A stretch of DNA of 64,000 bases from IMG/VR virus record IMGVR_UViG_3300024518_000876, positions 26,955 through 90,954 of that record; one strand, 5' to 3'. The DNA comes from a virus. The notes under the pieces are model-generated. The model searched no databases. It was not told the origin of the DNA and saw only the letters and a program-made list of their open reading frames with translations. The translations under genes and the position numbers were made by a program. Positions 1 through 8,861 of this stretch are shown one piece after another; position 1 is the stretch's first letter, and each line of letters opens with the position of its first letter.

Positions 1-186
1 TCTTAATGGATTCACATCTGCACCACCTGGAATTATTAATGCATCGCAAGAATCAACAATATCTTGTGGGTCATCTTGTGGTGTAACCAGTCTAGGAATT
101 CCAAATAATCCTACAAAATTCATGTAAGCTAATGATTGTCCTACTTTACCATTAAAACTGTCTGCGTATATTGCTATTCTTTTCAT
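1..186 (-). CDS. Partial (N-terminal 62 aa) class I glutamine amidotransferase / peptidase C26 (PuuD-like) protein, runs off the window edge
   Basis: Manual translation MKRIAIYADSFNGKVGQSLAYMNFVGLFGIPRLVTPQDDPQDIVDSCDALIIPGGADVNPLR; DALIIPGGADVNP matches the peptidase C26 DGLLLxGGxDVDP motif. Confidence 0.75.
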   Translation of the reverse strand, partial: MKRIAIYADSFNGKVGQSLAYMNFVGLFGIPRLVTPQDDPQDIVDSCDALIIPGGADVNPLR

Positions 187-203
187 CTTTATTATTTTAT
201 TAT

Positions 204-690
204 ATTAATTTTAATTGTTTAACTTTTTCTACTAATTCTTTTCTTTAATAGAATCTTTTGCTTGTTTTATTATAGCTTTAACTCTTTCTAACTTAGATTT
301 TGCAGAATTAAGTTCTCTTTGGCATCTATCTACTCTGCTTACTACTAGTAATTCTTGTTGTCTATAAAATTCAATTTTAGCCTTATCCTTATTAGTATAA
401 TAGTTACCTTCTATGAAATCCTGTAATCCAGATTCATACTCATAATCATACATTAATCCTATAAATCTAAATTGACCTTTCTTTTCGCCTACTAAAACTT
501 CTACTCTGCCACAAGCACCTATATCATAAACAGCTTTTAAACAATATTGATTATGGTCTTCAAATTCTCTAATACTAGTAACTTTATGTTCTATAATATC
601 CATATTGCATGGATGCCATAGTTTGTCTCCTATTCTTAATTTCTCCATATCAAATTAATTTTAATTGTTTAACTTTTTCTATTAATTCTT
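204..690. repeat. 37-bp direct repeat (36/37 identical), copies at 204-240 and 654-690
   Basis: attaattttaattgtttaactttttcta(c/t)taattctt read directly at both positions; period 450 bp. Confidence 0.95.
232..648 (-). CDS. Hypothetical protein with C-terminal coiled coil, flanked by a 37-bp direct repeat
   Basis: 138-aa ORF with AT-rich leader; repeat copies at 204-240 and 654-690. Confidence 0.75.
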   Translation of the reverse strand: MEKLRIGDKLWHPCNMDIIEHKVTSIREFEDHNQYCLKAVYDIGACGRVEVLVGEKKGQFRFIGLMYDYEYESGLQDFIEGNYYTNKDKAKIEFYRQQELLVVSRVDRCQRELNSAKSKLERVKAIIKQAKDSIKEKN

Positions 691-1462
691 CTATGCTACC
701 CTCATTGTTGAGGACAGCATCAAACTCATAATCATCTAAAGCTGTTTCTGAAGGATGTTCTTGAAAGTTATCTTCGTCAAAAGACCATTTTTGAAGTGTT
801 TCAGACCACCTGAAACCTTCATTTATTGCTTCTTCTGAAAAATCATCATCAATATCCTCGTACCCCATGCCAGTTAACATCTCTAAAGCATCTTTATCAG
901 TATGTTTGTATTCTAATTCTGAATCTCTATTAACCCTAATAACAATACCTCCTCTATCTTTAATAGCTTGAGCCTCATTAGGGAATCTAACATCTGTTAT
1001 TATCCAATTAGGATAAAATTCTTTTGAATCATGTATATAACCTTTTATACCATTGTTTTCATAATAATTTGAAATTAATTTTACATTAGTTTTTTTATAA
1101 TCTACAAACAAAGCATTTACAAAATAATCAGAATGTATAGCTCTACAGGTGTCACCTCTTTTAAGCAAGAAATCTCTTCTACTAATACCTAAAGATGGCA
1201 TTACTTCATCTCTATAACTTCTATCTCCTGTTTCCCATTCTTTTACAGAAAATTCATTTGGAAAGTCATACTCACACCCACCTTTAAGTTTATCTGCATA
1301 CTTTTTGATTTGGTAATCAAATCCTGTAATGTTTGCACCATTTATATAGTCTATTATTTGTTTATCAGAATCTATACCTTGGTTTAACATTTGTAATATC
1401 TTACCTACAGTATCTTTACCTGAACCTATTTTTCCTGATATTCCTATTAAATTATTTTTCAT
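650..1462 (-). CDS. Deoxynucleoside monophosphate kinase-like P-loop protein
   Basis: N-terminal GISGKIGSGKDT P-loop; IITDVRFPNEAQAIKDRGGIVIRVNR and HPSETALD motifs typical of phage dNMP kinases. Confidence 0.85.
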   Translation of the reverse strand: MKNNLIGISGKIGSGKDTVGKILQMLNQGIDSDKQIIDYINGANITGFDYQIKKYADKLKGGCEYDFPNEFSVKEWETGDRSYRDEVMPSLGISRRDFLLKRGDTCRAIHSDYFVNALFVDYKKTNVKLISNYYENNGIKGYIHDSKEFYPNWIITDVRFPNEAQAIKDRGGIVIRVNRDSELEYKHTDKDALEMLTGMGYEDIDDDFSEEAINEGFRWSETLQKWSFDEDNFQEHPSETALDDYEFDAVLNNEGSIEELIEKVKQLKLI

Positions 1463-1976
1463 CTAACAGCTCTTTTAATGTTCTAGGCGTGTACTCTACT
1501 TGTTCACATGATACACAAATGTACCTCTTGTCATCAACTAGACCAAACCATTTCTTTACTTTATACTCATGGATATGTCCATGAATATTAATATTTATTC
1601 TACCTCTACCAAATTCTCTAGTATGTATCGGCGCGTGTGTAAGAAAGGCTGTTAGCTTTTCAGTTCTAAATCTTTTCTTTAACATACCTAAAACTCCATC
1701 TACATGCTCTAATAGAGTCGGTACATGTTGTCTTTTGTCATGGTTTCCTAGTATTACGTAAATTTTACCATTTAGTTTACTTAAAATAGGATATACAGCA
1801 GATTTTTCCATACTTACATCTCCTAGTATATAAGTAGTATCGTTTTTACCTACAGTAGTATTCCATTTTTTTACTATAAATGCATCTTGTTCTGATGCAT
1901 CTCTAAAACCTCTGTGTTTAGCCATGTTTTCATGCCCAAAATGGAGATCTGCAATAAATCTTGTTGTGTTACTCAT
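1452..1976 (-). CDS. Calcineurin-like metallophosphoesterase
   Basis: DLHFGH, LGD, GNHD, THAP and HGHIH metal-binding motifs in the canonical order. Confidence 0.9.
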   Translation of the reverse strand: MSNTTRFIADLHFGHENMAKHRGFRDASEQDAFIVKKWNTTVGKNDTTYILGDVSMEKSAVYPILSKLNGKIYVILGNHDKRQHVPTLLEHVDGVLGMLKKRFRTEKLTAFLTHAPIHTREFGRGRININIHGHIHEYKVKKWFGLVDDKRYICVSCEQVEYTPRTLKELLDEK

Positions 1977-4238
1977 TTCCTCTTATTTTATTAATAAATT
2001 TAGTTACTCCTTTTAAAGCGGCAGCATCTTTAGGTTTAGGTAATTCTTTAAAATAGTTCACTGCACCATCAAAGTACAATGGACATATAGTACCACCCCC
2101 ACCTTCTCTACCACCTAGTATCTCTAGAAACCTAATATTATCTTTAAAATACTTAATGTCATAACCTTTATAATCTGGTATTTCATGCCTATAAGGACTA
2201 AATAATCCTAATATGACATTAGCATCCCTCTGAGTACTTTTGTTGTCACCTAAGCCATCCATTGTAGGTTTTAACCTGTTGGCTTTAGCATTTTCAACAC
2301 TTTCTTGAGCTGATGCTTGTTGTTGTATAGCTACTGGTATGTAATTATACATATTTCTTAATTTTACAAAATAATCTGAAGATAATTTACTTATACAATC
2401 ACGTAAGTTAAGTCGTTTGCCTTCTAAGCTTTCAGTACTTAATAAACCTATATGATCTACAATACACATTACGTATTCTTCTGGATTATTTGGTTCATAG
2501 TAATCAAACAATTCTGTGTCTTTACCATGAATTTTTACAGTTTTATAAATTTTAGTACCATGCGTTTCTGCATAGCCCCTCATAAATTTATATATACCTG
2601 TAGGATTTCTAATATCATCAATAAATGTAACTATTTTTTCTACCTGTTTAAAATACTCTTCATATTTTAAGATAAGTTCTAATTTATCTTTTGATAATAC
2701 TTTATCTGCTTTAGTACTCCTTAAATCTTTAGGTGCAATTCTCACACCTTCTTTAATATAAAGTAAATTACTAAAAGCAGATCTCATCTTCTCTTCTTTA
2801 GACATTTCTAAAGAGAAATAAAAGATTTTTAATTTAATATTTAATTTCTTATCTAACACTTGTTGTATAGCATTATATAAGAATAACCAATCAGTTATTT
2901 GCGTTTTCAGCGTTTGTTACTACAAAATTATAAATTTAAAAAGGAATACATTCGTCGCGTTGTAATTCCTCTTGTAAAGCAGCTAGTTGTTCAGTAAGTC
3001 TTTCTTTTTTTAATCCTATATATGACATTACTGTAAAAAAGTCAAACTCATCGGCGTAACTAATATTATTTCTAACAATATAATCATTGTAGTCATAAAA
3101 AAGATAATCTACTAATACTCTACGCTGAGGTTCTTCGCTAAGTCTGTGTTTTGTAGTTCTCCAACCATTTGTATGAAATACTATTTTACGTACATCAGGA
3201 CAATATATAAGCATTTTTCCTGTTTGTTTCAATCCAATAATACTATAAATCACTCTTAGTAATTGTTGTGGAGAAACATTTTCAAAATAAGTGTTACTGA
3301 TTTTTAATAAATCACCAAAAGATCTTGCTTTACCCGCTTTACATTGCATTCTTTTTAAATGGTAGTTTTTTGCAGAGTAGGTAGGAGGAAACTGTGTCCA
3401 ACCTTCTACTTCTCTATTATAAAGAGCAGTTATAAAAGTTTTTAAGTTTGCCCTATCTTCTTCGCTAGGCAAATCTGCCGGTCTAATATATATTTTTTCC
3501 ATTTTTATTTTTTATAATTTTGTGATTAAGTCATTTCTGCTTAATTCTACATGTCACCATGTAGCTCGGACTATCTCATCAACCTATTCCAATATGCATC
3601 ATCTTTTATACCATTACAATCTGTACAGACGTCAATAGTTTTAAACCCATAATGAGGGTCTTTACATACACATTTTGATTTTATAGGTTGCTCCTTGTTA
3701 GTCTCTACACCGTTTTGTTCAAATAGTTCATAAATTAAATTAGAAGCTCTAACACATAAATCAGGACTTGCTCCATAATATTTTGCATTAGCTAATTCTA
3801 ATGTAATTTCATCTACTTCTTTCTCAATTGACGGCACGGGATTGTCTTTAAGCTTAACAATTTTGTTAGCTACTCTAGTAGCTTCATCTACCTTAGATGC
3901 TTCTGTCATTCTAGTACAGTTGTCTAAGGACTGTTTAATAATTTCATAAACTTCTGTCATTTTGTTCGTATTAAAGGGTTTCCCCGTTAGCTATTATTTT
4001 AATAACCCCCTTGTTAGGGATTCAGAGTTTTCTGTACATATCTCTACATACAGGGGCAAATTCTACCCACTTTACTGTTGGCTGTTATTAGATAGTATTT
4101 ACCTTGTTCTATACCTGGAATTTCATTCTCAAATCTAGGTAATCCCCAAGGTAAGCAGTTGATTTTACCAGAAAGGATTCGTTCCCTTCTTTCTATCAAA
4201 TCATCATACACTCTATTAAATAAACTATTTTCCTTCAT
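1969..4238 (-). CDS. dnaB: DnaB-like (SF4) replicative helicase, spliced: exon 1 4238-4065, exon 2 2907-1969 (about 370 aa)
   Basis: Joining GGT(4067-4065) to AAA(2907-2905) restores Walker A ...YLITANSKVG|KTQITDW... in frame with FYFSLEMS, CIVDHIGLL (Walker B) and QRDANVILGL; both ORF-track fragments join in frame. Confidence 0.9.
2936..3502 (-). CDS. Intron-encoded protein of unknown function (188 aa), looped out of the P9 extension
   Basis: ORF lies wholly inside the intron, enclosed by a perfect 13-bp stem (3511-3523 with 2922-2934); no LAGLIDADG, GIY-YIG or HNH motif seen by eye. Confidence 0.8.
   Translation of the reverse strand: MEKIYIRPADLPSEEDRANLKTFITALYNREVEGWTQFPPTYSAKNYHLKRMQCKAGKARSFGDLLKISNTYFENVSPQQLLRVIYSIIGLKQTGKMLIYCPDVRKIVFHTNGWRTTKHRLSEEPQRRVLVDYLFYDYNDYIVRNNISYADEFDFFTVMSYIGLKKERLTEQLAALQEELQRDECIPF
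3571..3960 (-). CDS. Putative intron-encoded protein (129 aa) overlapping the ribozyme core, with C-terminal CxC...CxxC
   Basis: 390-nt open frame in AT-rich DNA with an A-rich leader (AACAAAATG); the stop codon UAG is the 3' strand of P7. Confidence 0.55.
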   Translation of the reverse strand: MTEVYEIIKQSLDNCTRMTEASKVDEATRVANKIVKLKDNPVPSIEKEVDEITLELANAKYYGASPDLCVRASNLIYELFEQNGVETNKEQPIKSKCVCKDPHYGFKTIDVCTDCNGIKDDAYWNRLMR

Positions 4239-4255
4239 ATTATTTGTTTTTTAAA

Positions 4256-4852
4256 CTAGCTTACTTCACTAGTCCAGTCATCATCTGTAATTTCTATATC
4301 TATTTCTTCTATAAATGCAGATAATCTAGATGATTCTTCTTTACCTTCTTTTTTAAATATGAAATAATCAGCACGCTGTAAATATCTATAACTTCCATTA
4401 AATGTCTTAATATAAATATCACATGCTTTTAGTATATCTTCAAAGGTGTATTCTGGATTTTCTGCAATCCATCTTTTTAGCTTGTCTGTACAAGCTTGTT
4501 TTGCTCCCATAGCTCCGGGAGCGAGCCCTTTCCATTTATTTCTAAATGTTTGAACATTACCTTCTAACATATTATTCACATGTCTTGCACTTACTTTCTT
4601 TACGAGTTTTTCATCTGCAGGAGGACATTGTGATTCCATGTCTTCTAATAATTGTTCACTTTTTTCACGAAGTAACATTTGTACTTCATTATTTTCTGTA
4701 TAAATTTTAATAAACTGTTTTGCTTGTAATCCTTTGTAAGTGTTACTTACATCATCATACTTTAATTCAGGATATTTAATTTTATACAAACATAACACTT
4801 CATTTATAGAAAGGTCTAAATCTTCAATATATTTTATATTAATACTTAGCAT
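4256..4852 (-). CDS. Putative replication initiator / helicase loader-like protein
   Basis: Lies directly upstream of the helicase; helical C-terminal domain with YLQRADYFIFK and an acidic tail, resembling the conserved crAss-like gene at this position (recalled, not searched). Confidence 0.5.
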   Translation of the reverse strand: MLSINIKYIEDLDLSINEVLCLYKIKYPELKYDDVSNTYKGLQAKQFIKIYTENNEVQMLLREKSEQLLEDMESQCPPADEKLVKKVSARHVNNMLEGNVQTFRNKWKGLAPGAMGAKQACTDKLKRWIAENPEYTFEDILKACDIYIKTFNGSYRYLQRADYFIFKKEGKEESSRLSAFIEEIDIEITDDDWTSEVS

Positions 4853-4875
4853 TCTAATCTCTCTTCATTTTTCTA

Positions 4876-5091
4876 TTAGTATACAAAGTTAGATAATCCG
4901 TATGAAATGAATCTTTCAGCTATAGTAAAGTCTTCCTCTATGTTAAGGTAGTCTACTATATTACTGATTCTTATTTCCATTCCTAACGTTTCTTCTATCT
5001 TCTCTTGTATTTCTAATGGGTTTGTTAAATTATATGCGTCTACAACTAAGTCAATAGCTATAGATACATCTGTTTCAATTTTTGTAGGCAT
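4876..5091 (-). CDS. Hypothetical protein
   Basis: 71-aa ORF filling the gap between the polymerase and the next gene. Confidence 0.65.
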   Translation of the reverse strand: MPTKIETDVSIAIDLVVDAYNLTNPLEIQEKIEETLGMEIRISNIVDYLNIEEDFTIAERFISYGLSNFVY

Positions 5092-5101
5092 ATTATCTAG
5101 A

Positions 5102-7039
5102 TTAATGTTCCCAGAATGTAGTTACTACTGCATCTGCTTTTAGTGGAACTATTTTACACCATTTTTTACCAGCTTCTTCCATTGCTTCTTCTAAAGCTCT
5201 AGCAGCTGTTTCTGCGTACTTTTCTTTTACTTCTACATTGATTTCATCATGCACTAAGTTAGTAACTGCTACTATCTCTGTCATGTTATTATCTAGAATC
5301 CATTTTCTATAATAAATTGCAGCTAATTTAGTAATACTACCTGCTTCTCCTTGAATAGGAAAGTTTAACGCTGCTCTTTCTACAGAACCTCTTTCTTTAC
5401 CATTACTAGGTTTTGCAAAGAAATTTTTTCTCCTAGTTAAAGGGTCAATTAATATATAACCTTTTCTTAAAGTTTCTTTTTGAACTTTCTTAAAATAATT
5501 CTTAAGTCCTGGAAATGCTTTAAAATAAGAGGTATATACAAAATTACCTTCTTCTTCAGAAATACCTAGGTTCTTAGCAATAGTAAAACCTGTGCCACCA
5601 TAGTTAATAGCAAAACCTGCTGCTTTAGCAATTTGCCTTTTATCTTTATGATATTTTTTAATATCCGCTAATGATACATCTGCTAATTCTGGGTATATCT
5701 TGGATGCAATATAACTATGCATATCTCCTAAACCTTGTTCATAGAAATATAACAAATCTTTGTCTGCAGACTTATTAGCTAGTATTATTTGCTCTTGTCC
5801 GGAATAATCCGCATTAACAATTTTGTACCCATCTGGACAACTAAATGCGCTTCTAAATCCATGTACAGCAGGTATATTCTGCAAGTTAGGTCCACTACTG
5901 CTTATCCTACCTGTATTTAATATCTGTCTGTAATTACTATGTAATCTTTTAGTAATTGGATTTATATGCTTAAAGAACTGTTCACCAAATGTAGTACAAG
6001 CTTGTTCAGTTTCTTTTAATTTCAGATAAACACCTATTATTTCTTTGTTTAAATCAGTTGTATCTTTATTAAAAGTTTTCAATGAAGCTGCCAGTACTTT
6101 ACCATTAACTGTATAAGCTAATTTATTAGTAGTTTTAGAGACTTCTCTTGGACATACATCTAAGAACCTAAAGAACTCAATTACTTGTTTAGAACTTGAC
6201 CATTGAATAGTACATTTCTTGTCAGTACTAAACAAATCTAATTGTTTATCTACAAATTGTGACTTAGAGAAATATTTAAAAATATACTTATCTAATTCTA
6301 CTTTTAAGTTATCATATACAATTTTATTATCATTGTATGTATTTAACCAAATAGATGTATCAAAGTGCATACCTTTGTACTCCATATCTCCTACACATAG
6401 TAGAAATAACATCTCTAATTTAAAGCACTGTAGTAAATCTTTTCTAGCTAGACTTACTAATTGTTTTTTTCTAATCTTTAATGGATACAAAATGTCTTCT
6501 GCACCATATTTAATCTGTTTAACATTGAACTGTTTGTCTTTTATATTTAAGAACTCTAATCTAGTGTCCTTATCTACTTGAACATTTAAATACCTTAAAT
6601 TTAAGGCTTTTAAGCTAGCATCAATGTTAAACCCATTAAATAAGATTTGTTCTGAAATCATTGTGTCATACACATTACATAACCTGATTCCTTCATTATG
6701 TAATATATGTACATATTCAAACTTAATATTTTGACCTACGACGATTATATCTGGTGAAGTTAATATACCCAACAATGGACTAATATCTACTTCTCTATAA
6801 TCAATCACAAATTGAGCATTCTCATCCCCTATTTGTAACATAACAATGTTAGTTACATAAGGATCTAATCCTTCTTTGGGATAGATACCTCCAAATTTGC
6901 GCGTGGTCTCAATATCTAAGCTGACTACTTCTTTATCTTTAAGATAATTGACACAGTAGTCTAATGAACACGATTTTATATCCTCTACTTCATAACTATT
7001 AGCTACAAAATAAATGTTTAACTCATCTTCTTCATTCAA
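5102..7039 (-). CDS. polA: Family A DNA polymerase with 3'-5' exonuclease domain
   Basis: Exo I DIET; TGRISSSGPNLQNIP; motif A ADYSGQEQIILA; motif B RQIAKAAGFAINYG; NFPIQG; motif C VHDEI. Confidence 0.95.
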   Translation of the reverse strand: MNEEDELNIYFVANSYEVEDIKSCSLDYCVNYLKDKEVVSLDIETTRKFGGIYPKEGLDPYVTNIVMLQIGDENAQFVIDYREVDISPLLGILTSPDIIVVGQNIKFEYVHILHNEGIRLCNVYDTMISEQILFNGFNIDASLKALNLRYLNVQVDKDTRLEFLNIKDKQFNVKQIKYGAEDILYPLKIRKKQLVSLARKDLLQCFKLEMLFLLCVGDMEYKGMHFDTSIWLNTYNDNKIVYDNLKVELDKYIFKYFSKSQFVDKQLDLFSTDKKCTIQWSSSKQVIEFFRFLDVCPREVSKTTNKLAYTVNGKVLAASLKTFNKDTTDLNKEIIGVYLKLKETEQACTTFGEQFFKHINPITKRLHSNYRQILNTGRISSSGPNLQNIPAVHGFRSAFSCPDGYKIVNADYSGQEQIILANKSADKDLLYFYEQGLGDMHSYIASKIYPELADVSLADIKKYHKDKRQIAKAAGFAINYGGTGFTIAKNLGISEEEGNFVYTSYFKAFPGLKNYFKKVQKETLRKGYILIDPLTRRKNFFAKPSNGKERGSVERAALNFPIQGEAGSITKLAAIYYRKWILDNNMTEIVAVTNLVHDEINVEVKEKYAETAARALEEAMEEAGKKWCKIVPLKADAVVTTFWEH

Positions 7040-7053
7040 TCTCCTTCATTATT

Positions 7054-7084
7054 AAAAACCCTTGAATATCAATGATAGTCAAGG
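7054..7084 (-). terminator. Intrinsic terminator upstream of the polymerase gene
   Basis: Minus strand CCTTGA-CTATCATTGATAT-TCAAGG followed by GTTTTT. Confidence 0.65.
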
Positions 7085-7109
7085 ATTACATTCTCAAATT
7101 GATCTAGGT

Positions 7110-7469
7110 TTATCCTACAAATTCTTGCAATTGTGTTTCAAAATATTTTATAGATTCATCAGTGGCTTCTAAAGTTTCTTCTGCTGCCTCTAAAGCTTCT
7201 TGTGCACGTACTATACTTTTTATATATAGTTCAGCATCAGTAATATTTACTGTAGGGAATTTAGCATCAGATAATGCTTCTTTTTTATTCTCTACATCAA
7301 TTTCAGCTTTTACTAACGCACCTTCTAAAGCTGAAATCTGTCCTTTAGTTGCTGATATTGCTAATCTAGCATTTCTAGATGCAATTGCTTTGTCTTTATC
7401 GCCAGTTAATTTAGCCATAACTGTTTCAATAAATAATTTACCTTCTTTTACTACTGTTGACTTTGCCAT
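7110..7469 (-). CDS. Hypothetical coiled-coil protein
   Basis: 119-aa Ala/Glu-rich heptad ORF. Confidence 0.75.
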   Translation of the reverse strand: MAKSTVVKEGKLFIETVMAKLTGDKDKAIASRNARLAISATKGQISALEGALVKAEIDVENKKEALSDAKFPTVNITDAELYIKSIVRAQEALEAAEETLEATDESIKYFETQLQEFVG

Positions 7470-7470
7470 T

Positions 7471-8190
7471 TTATTTTATTATTAATTTTATTTTAGTTTT
7501 AGCTCTTTTCTTTAACACCTGAGCTTTTTGGTGTAATTTTTTATTATTATTTATAATAAAATCTACATTCTCTACCACTCTATCTGCGGAACACATATAC
7601 CTTTCATTTTCACTACGTTGTCCAGGTACATAATGATTTAGAGGCACAAATCCTTTCTTGATTCTTTTTAGACTTATACCAATATCTACTTCTGAAGCAC
7701 AACACGGTCCTCCATTAGTCTTATAAGCTATTACTTCAGCTTCAGAAGCAGGTCTAGTATCTTCTAAGTTAATTGTAGGTACTCCATTTTGAATACCAAT
7801 GTTATCCTTATACACTTGTAAATAATAATGATCTCGCCTCACCTGGTAAATATAATTAGAATTAAAACTTGTAACTCTTAGATTATTTTTAGTAATTACT
7901 ACATAATGATTTGCTGTAAAGTTTCTTCTTCCACTTGTATTTAAACTTGAGTGTAACGCAGCTGTAGCTGTAAAGTCTATAAAACTATCTAAAAGACCTG
8001 CTTCACCTCTATAAACATAACTATTAGACGACCTACCATCTATAGTTATTATCTGACCAGGTTGAAACCATGTTTCACAACCTGTTACCCATACGTATCT
8101 TTCTATTCCATTTGCAAATATTATATTAGATCCTTGTCCCGGAGTAATATCATTTCGTATCACTACTCTATCTCCTACATTAAACCTCAT
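7471..8190 (-). CDS. Hypothetical phage protein
   Basis: 239-aa ORF; phage-typical MRFNVGDRVVIR start. Confidence 0.7.
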   Translation of the reverse strand: MRFNVGDRVVIRNDITPGQGSNIIFANGIERYVWVTGCETWFQPGQIITIDGRSSNSYVYRGEAGLLDSFIDFTATAALHSSLNTSGRRNFTANHYVVITKNNLRVTSFNSNYIYQVRRDHYYLQVYKDNIGIQNGVPTINLEDTRPASEAEVIAYKTNGGPCCASEVDIGISLKRIKKGFVPLNHYVPGQRSENERYMCSADRVVENVDFIINNNKKLHQKAQVLKKRAKTKIKLIIK

Positions 8191-8191
8191 A

Positions 8192-8512
8192 CTAACCTAT
8201 TTCAAAGTATAAAGCTTGTAAATCATTTTGCATAGCAACAATGTTACTATATATTTGACCAACAGTTAGTCTTTTTTTACCATAAGCATCATAGAAACCT
8301 AACTTATTGCAGTTTACTTTTCTAATACTTTCATCTGCGTAATGAAAAGTTAAAATAACGTTATTTAGTTCGGCATCCTCCATTCTTTTAATGCCATTAA
8401 TAAATGTTGCATTTTTACTTTTTAACGCATTGTTCTTTTTTTTAGCAGCTGTTCTGCTTGCACTGAAGTTACTTTTGTTCACTTTTTGTGCGGGTTGTTT
8501 AGTTGTTTTCAT
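8192..8512 (-). CDS. Hypothetical basic protein
   Basis: 106-aa ORF abutting its neighbours. Confidence 0.65.
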   Translation of the reverse strand: MKTTKQPAQKVNKSNFSASRTAAKKKNNALKSKNATFINGIKRMEDAELNNVILTFHYADESIRKVNCNKLGFYDAYGKKRLTVGQIYSNIVAMQNDLQALYFEIG

Positions 8513-8847
8513 GTTAAATAATTTTGCTCAATTCTTATACACTCTGCTATCACATTATAACAAAATATTTCAAATTCAGTTAAATCTGACCCTTCATCGT
8601 TAATTCCACTATCTTCAAATAATGGATAACTTTTTGAGTACTCTCCTTTAATTTGTGCTTCAGGAAACATTAAATATATCTCAGATAAATATTTTAAAAC
8701 GTAACCTACTAGATGTTCACTACTCCAGTATTTCCAAGTACTATTATTATTATTGGCTTCAATCCATATAGCGAAGTCTTTAGTTAATTCTGGAGCATCT
8801 TCTTGTAAGCATGTAAATAAAATAGAGTTTTTTGTCGCATTACTCAT
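8509..8847 (-). CDS. Hypothetical protein (likely start MSNATK at 8847)
   Basis: The ORF-track start at 8895 lies inside the tmRNA T-arm; the ATG at 8847 has an AT-rich leader. Confidence 0.65.
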   Translation of the reverse strand: MSNATKNSILFTCLQEDAPELTKDFAIWIEANNNNSTWKYWSSEHLVGYVLKYLSEIYLMFPEAQIKGEYSKSYPLFEDSGINDEGSDLTEFEIFCYNVIAECIRIEQNYLT

Positions 8848-8861
8848 ATTAATTTGTTTAG

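Larger units (their letters stand above)
2908..4064 (-). mobile_element. Group I self-splicing intron (1157 nt) in the helicase Walker A motif
   Basis: 5' splice site after U in a GGGU/GCCC P1 helix; terminal G at 2908; P2 hairpin with GAGA loop; P element UAACGGGGAAA (3989-3979); Q element AAUCCCGUGCC (3843-3833); R element GUAGAGACUA (3708-3699); S element AUGAGAUAGUCC with P7 GACUA/UAGUC; P8 CAACCUAU/AUAGGUUG; P9 CUACAUG-GUGA-CAUGUAG. Confidence 0.93.

Noticed and set aside
1969-2859. 296-aa helicase ORF starting at an internal GTG
   Set aside because: It lacks Walker A; it is exon 2, which actually begins at 2907
4044-4238. 64-aa ORF ending RICPCM treated as a stand-alone gene
   Set aside because: It is exon 1 of the helicase; the last six codons are intron sequence
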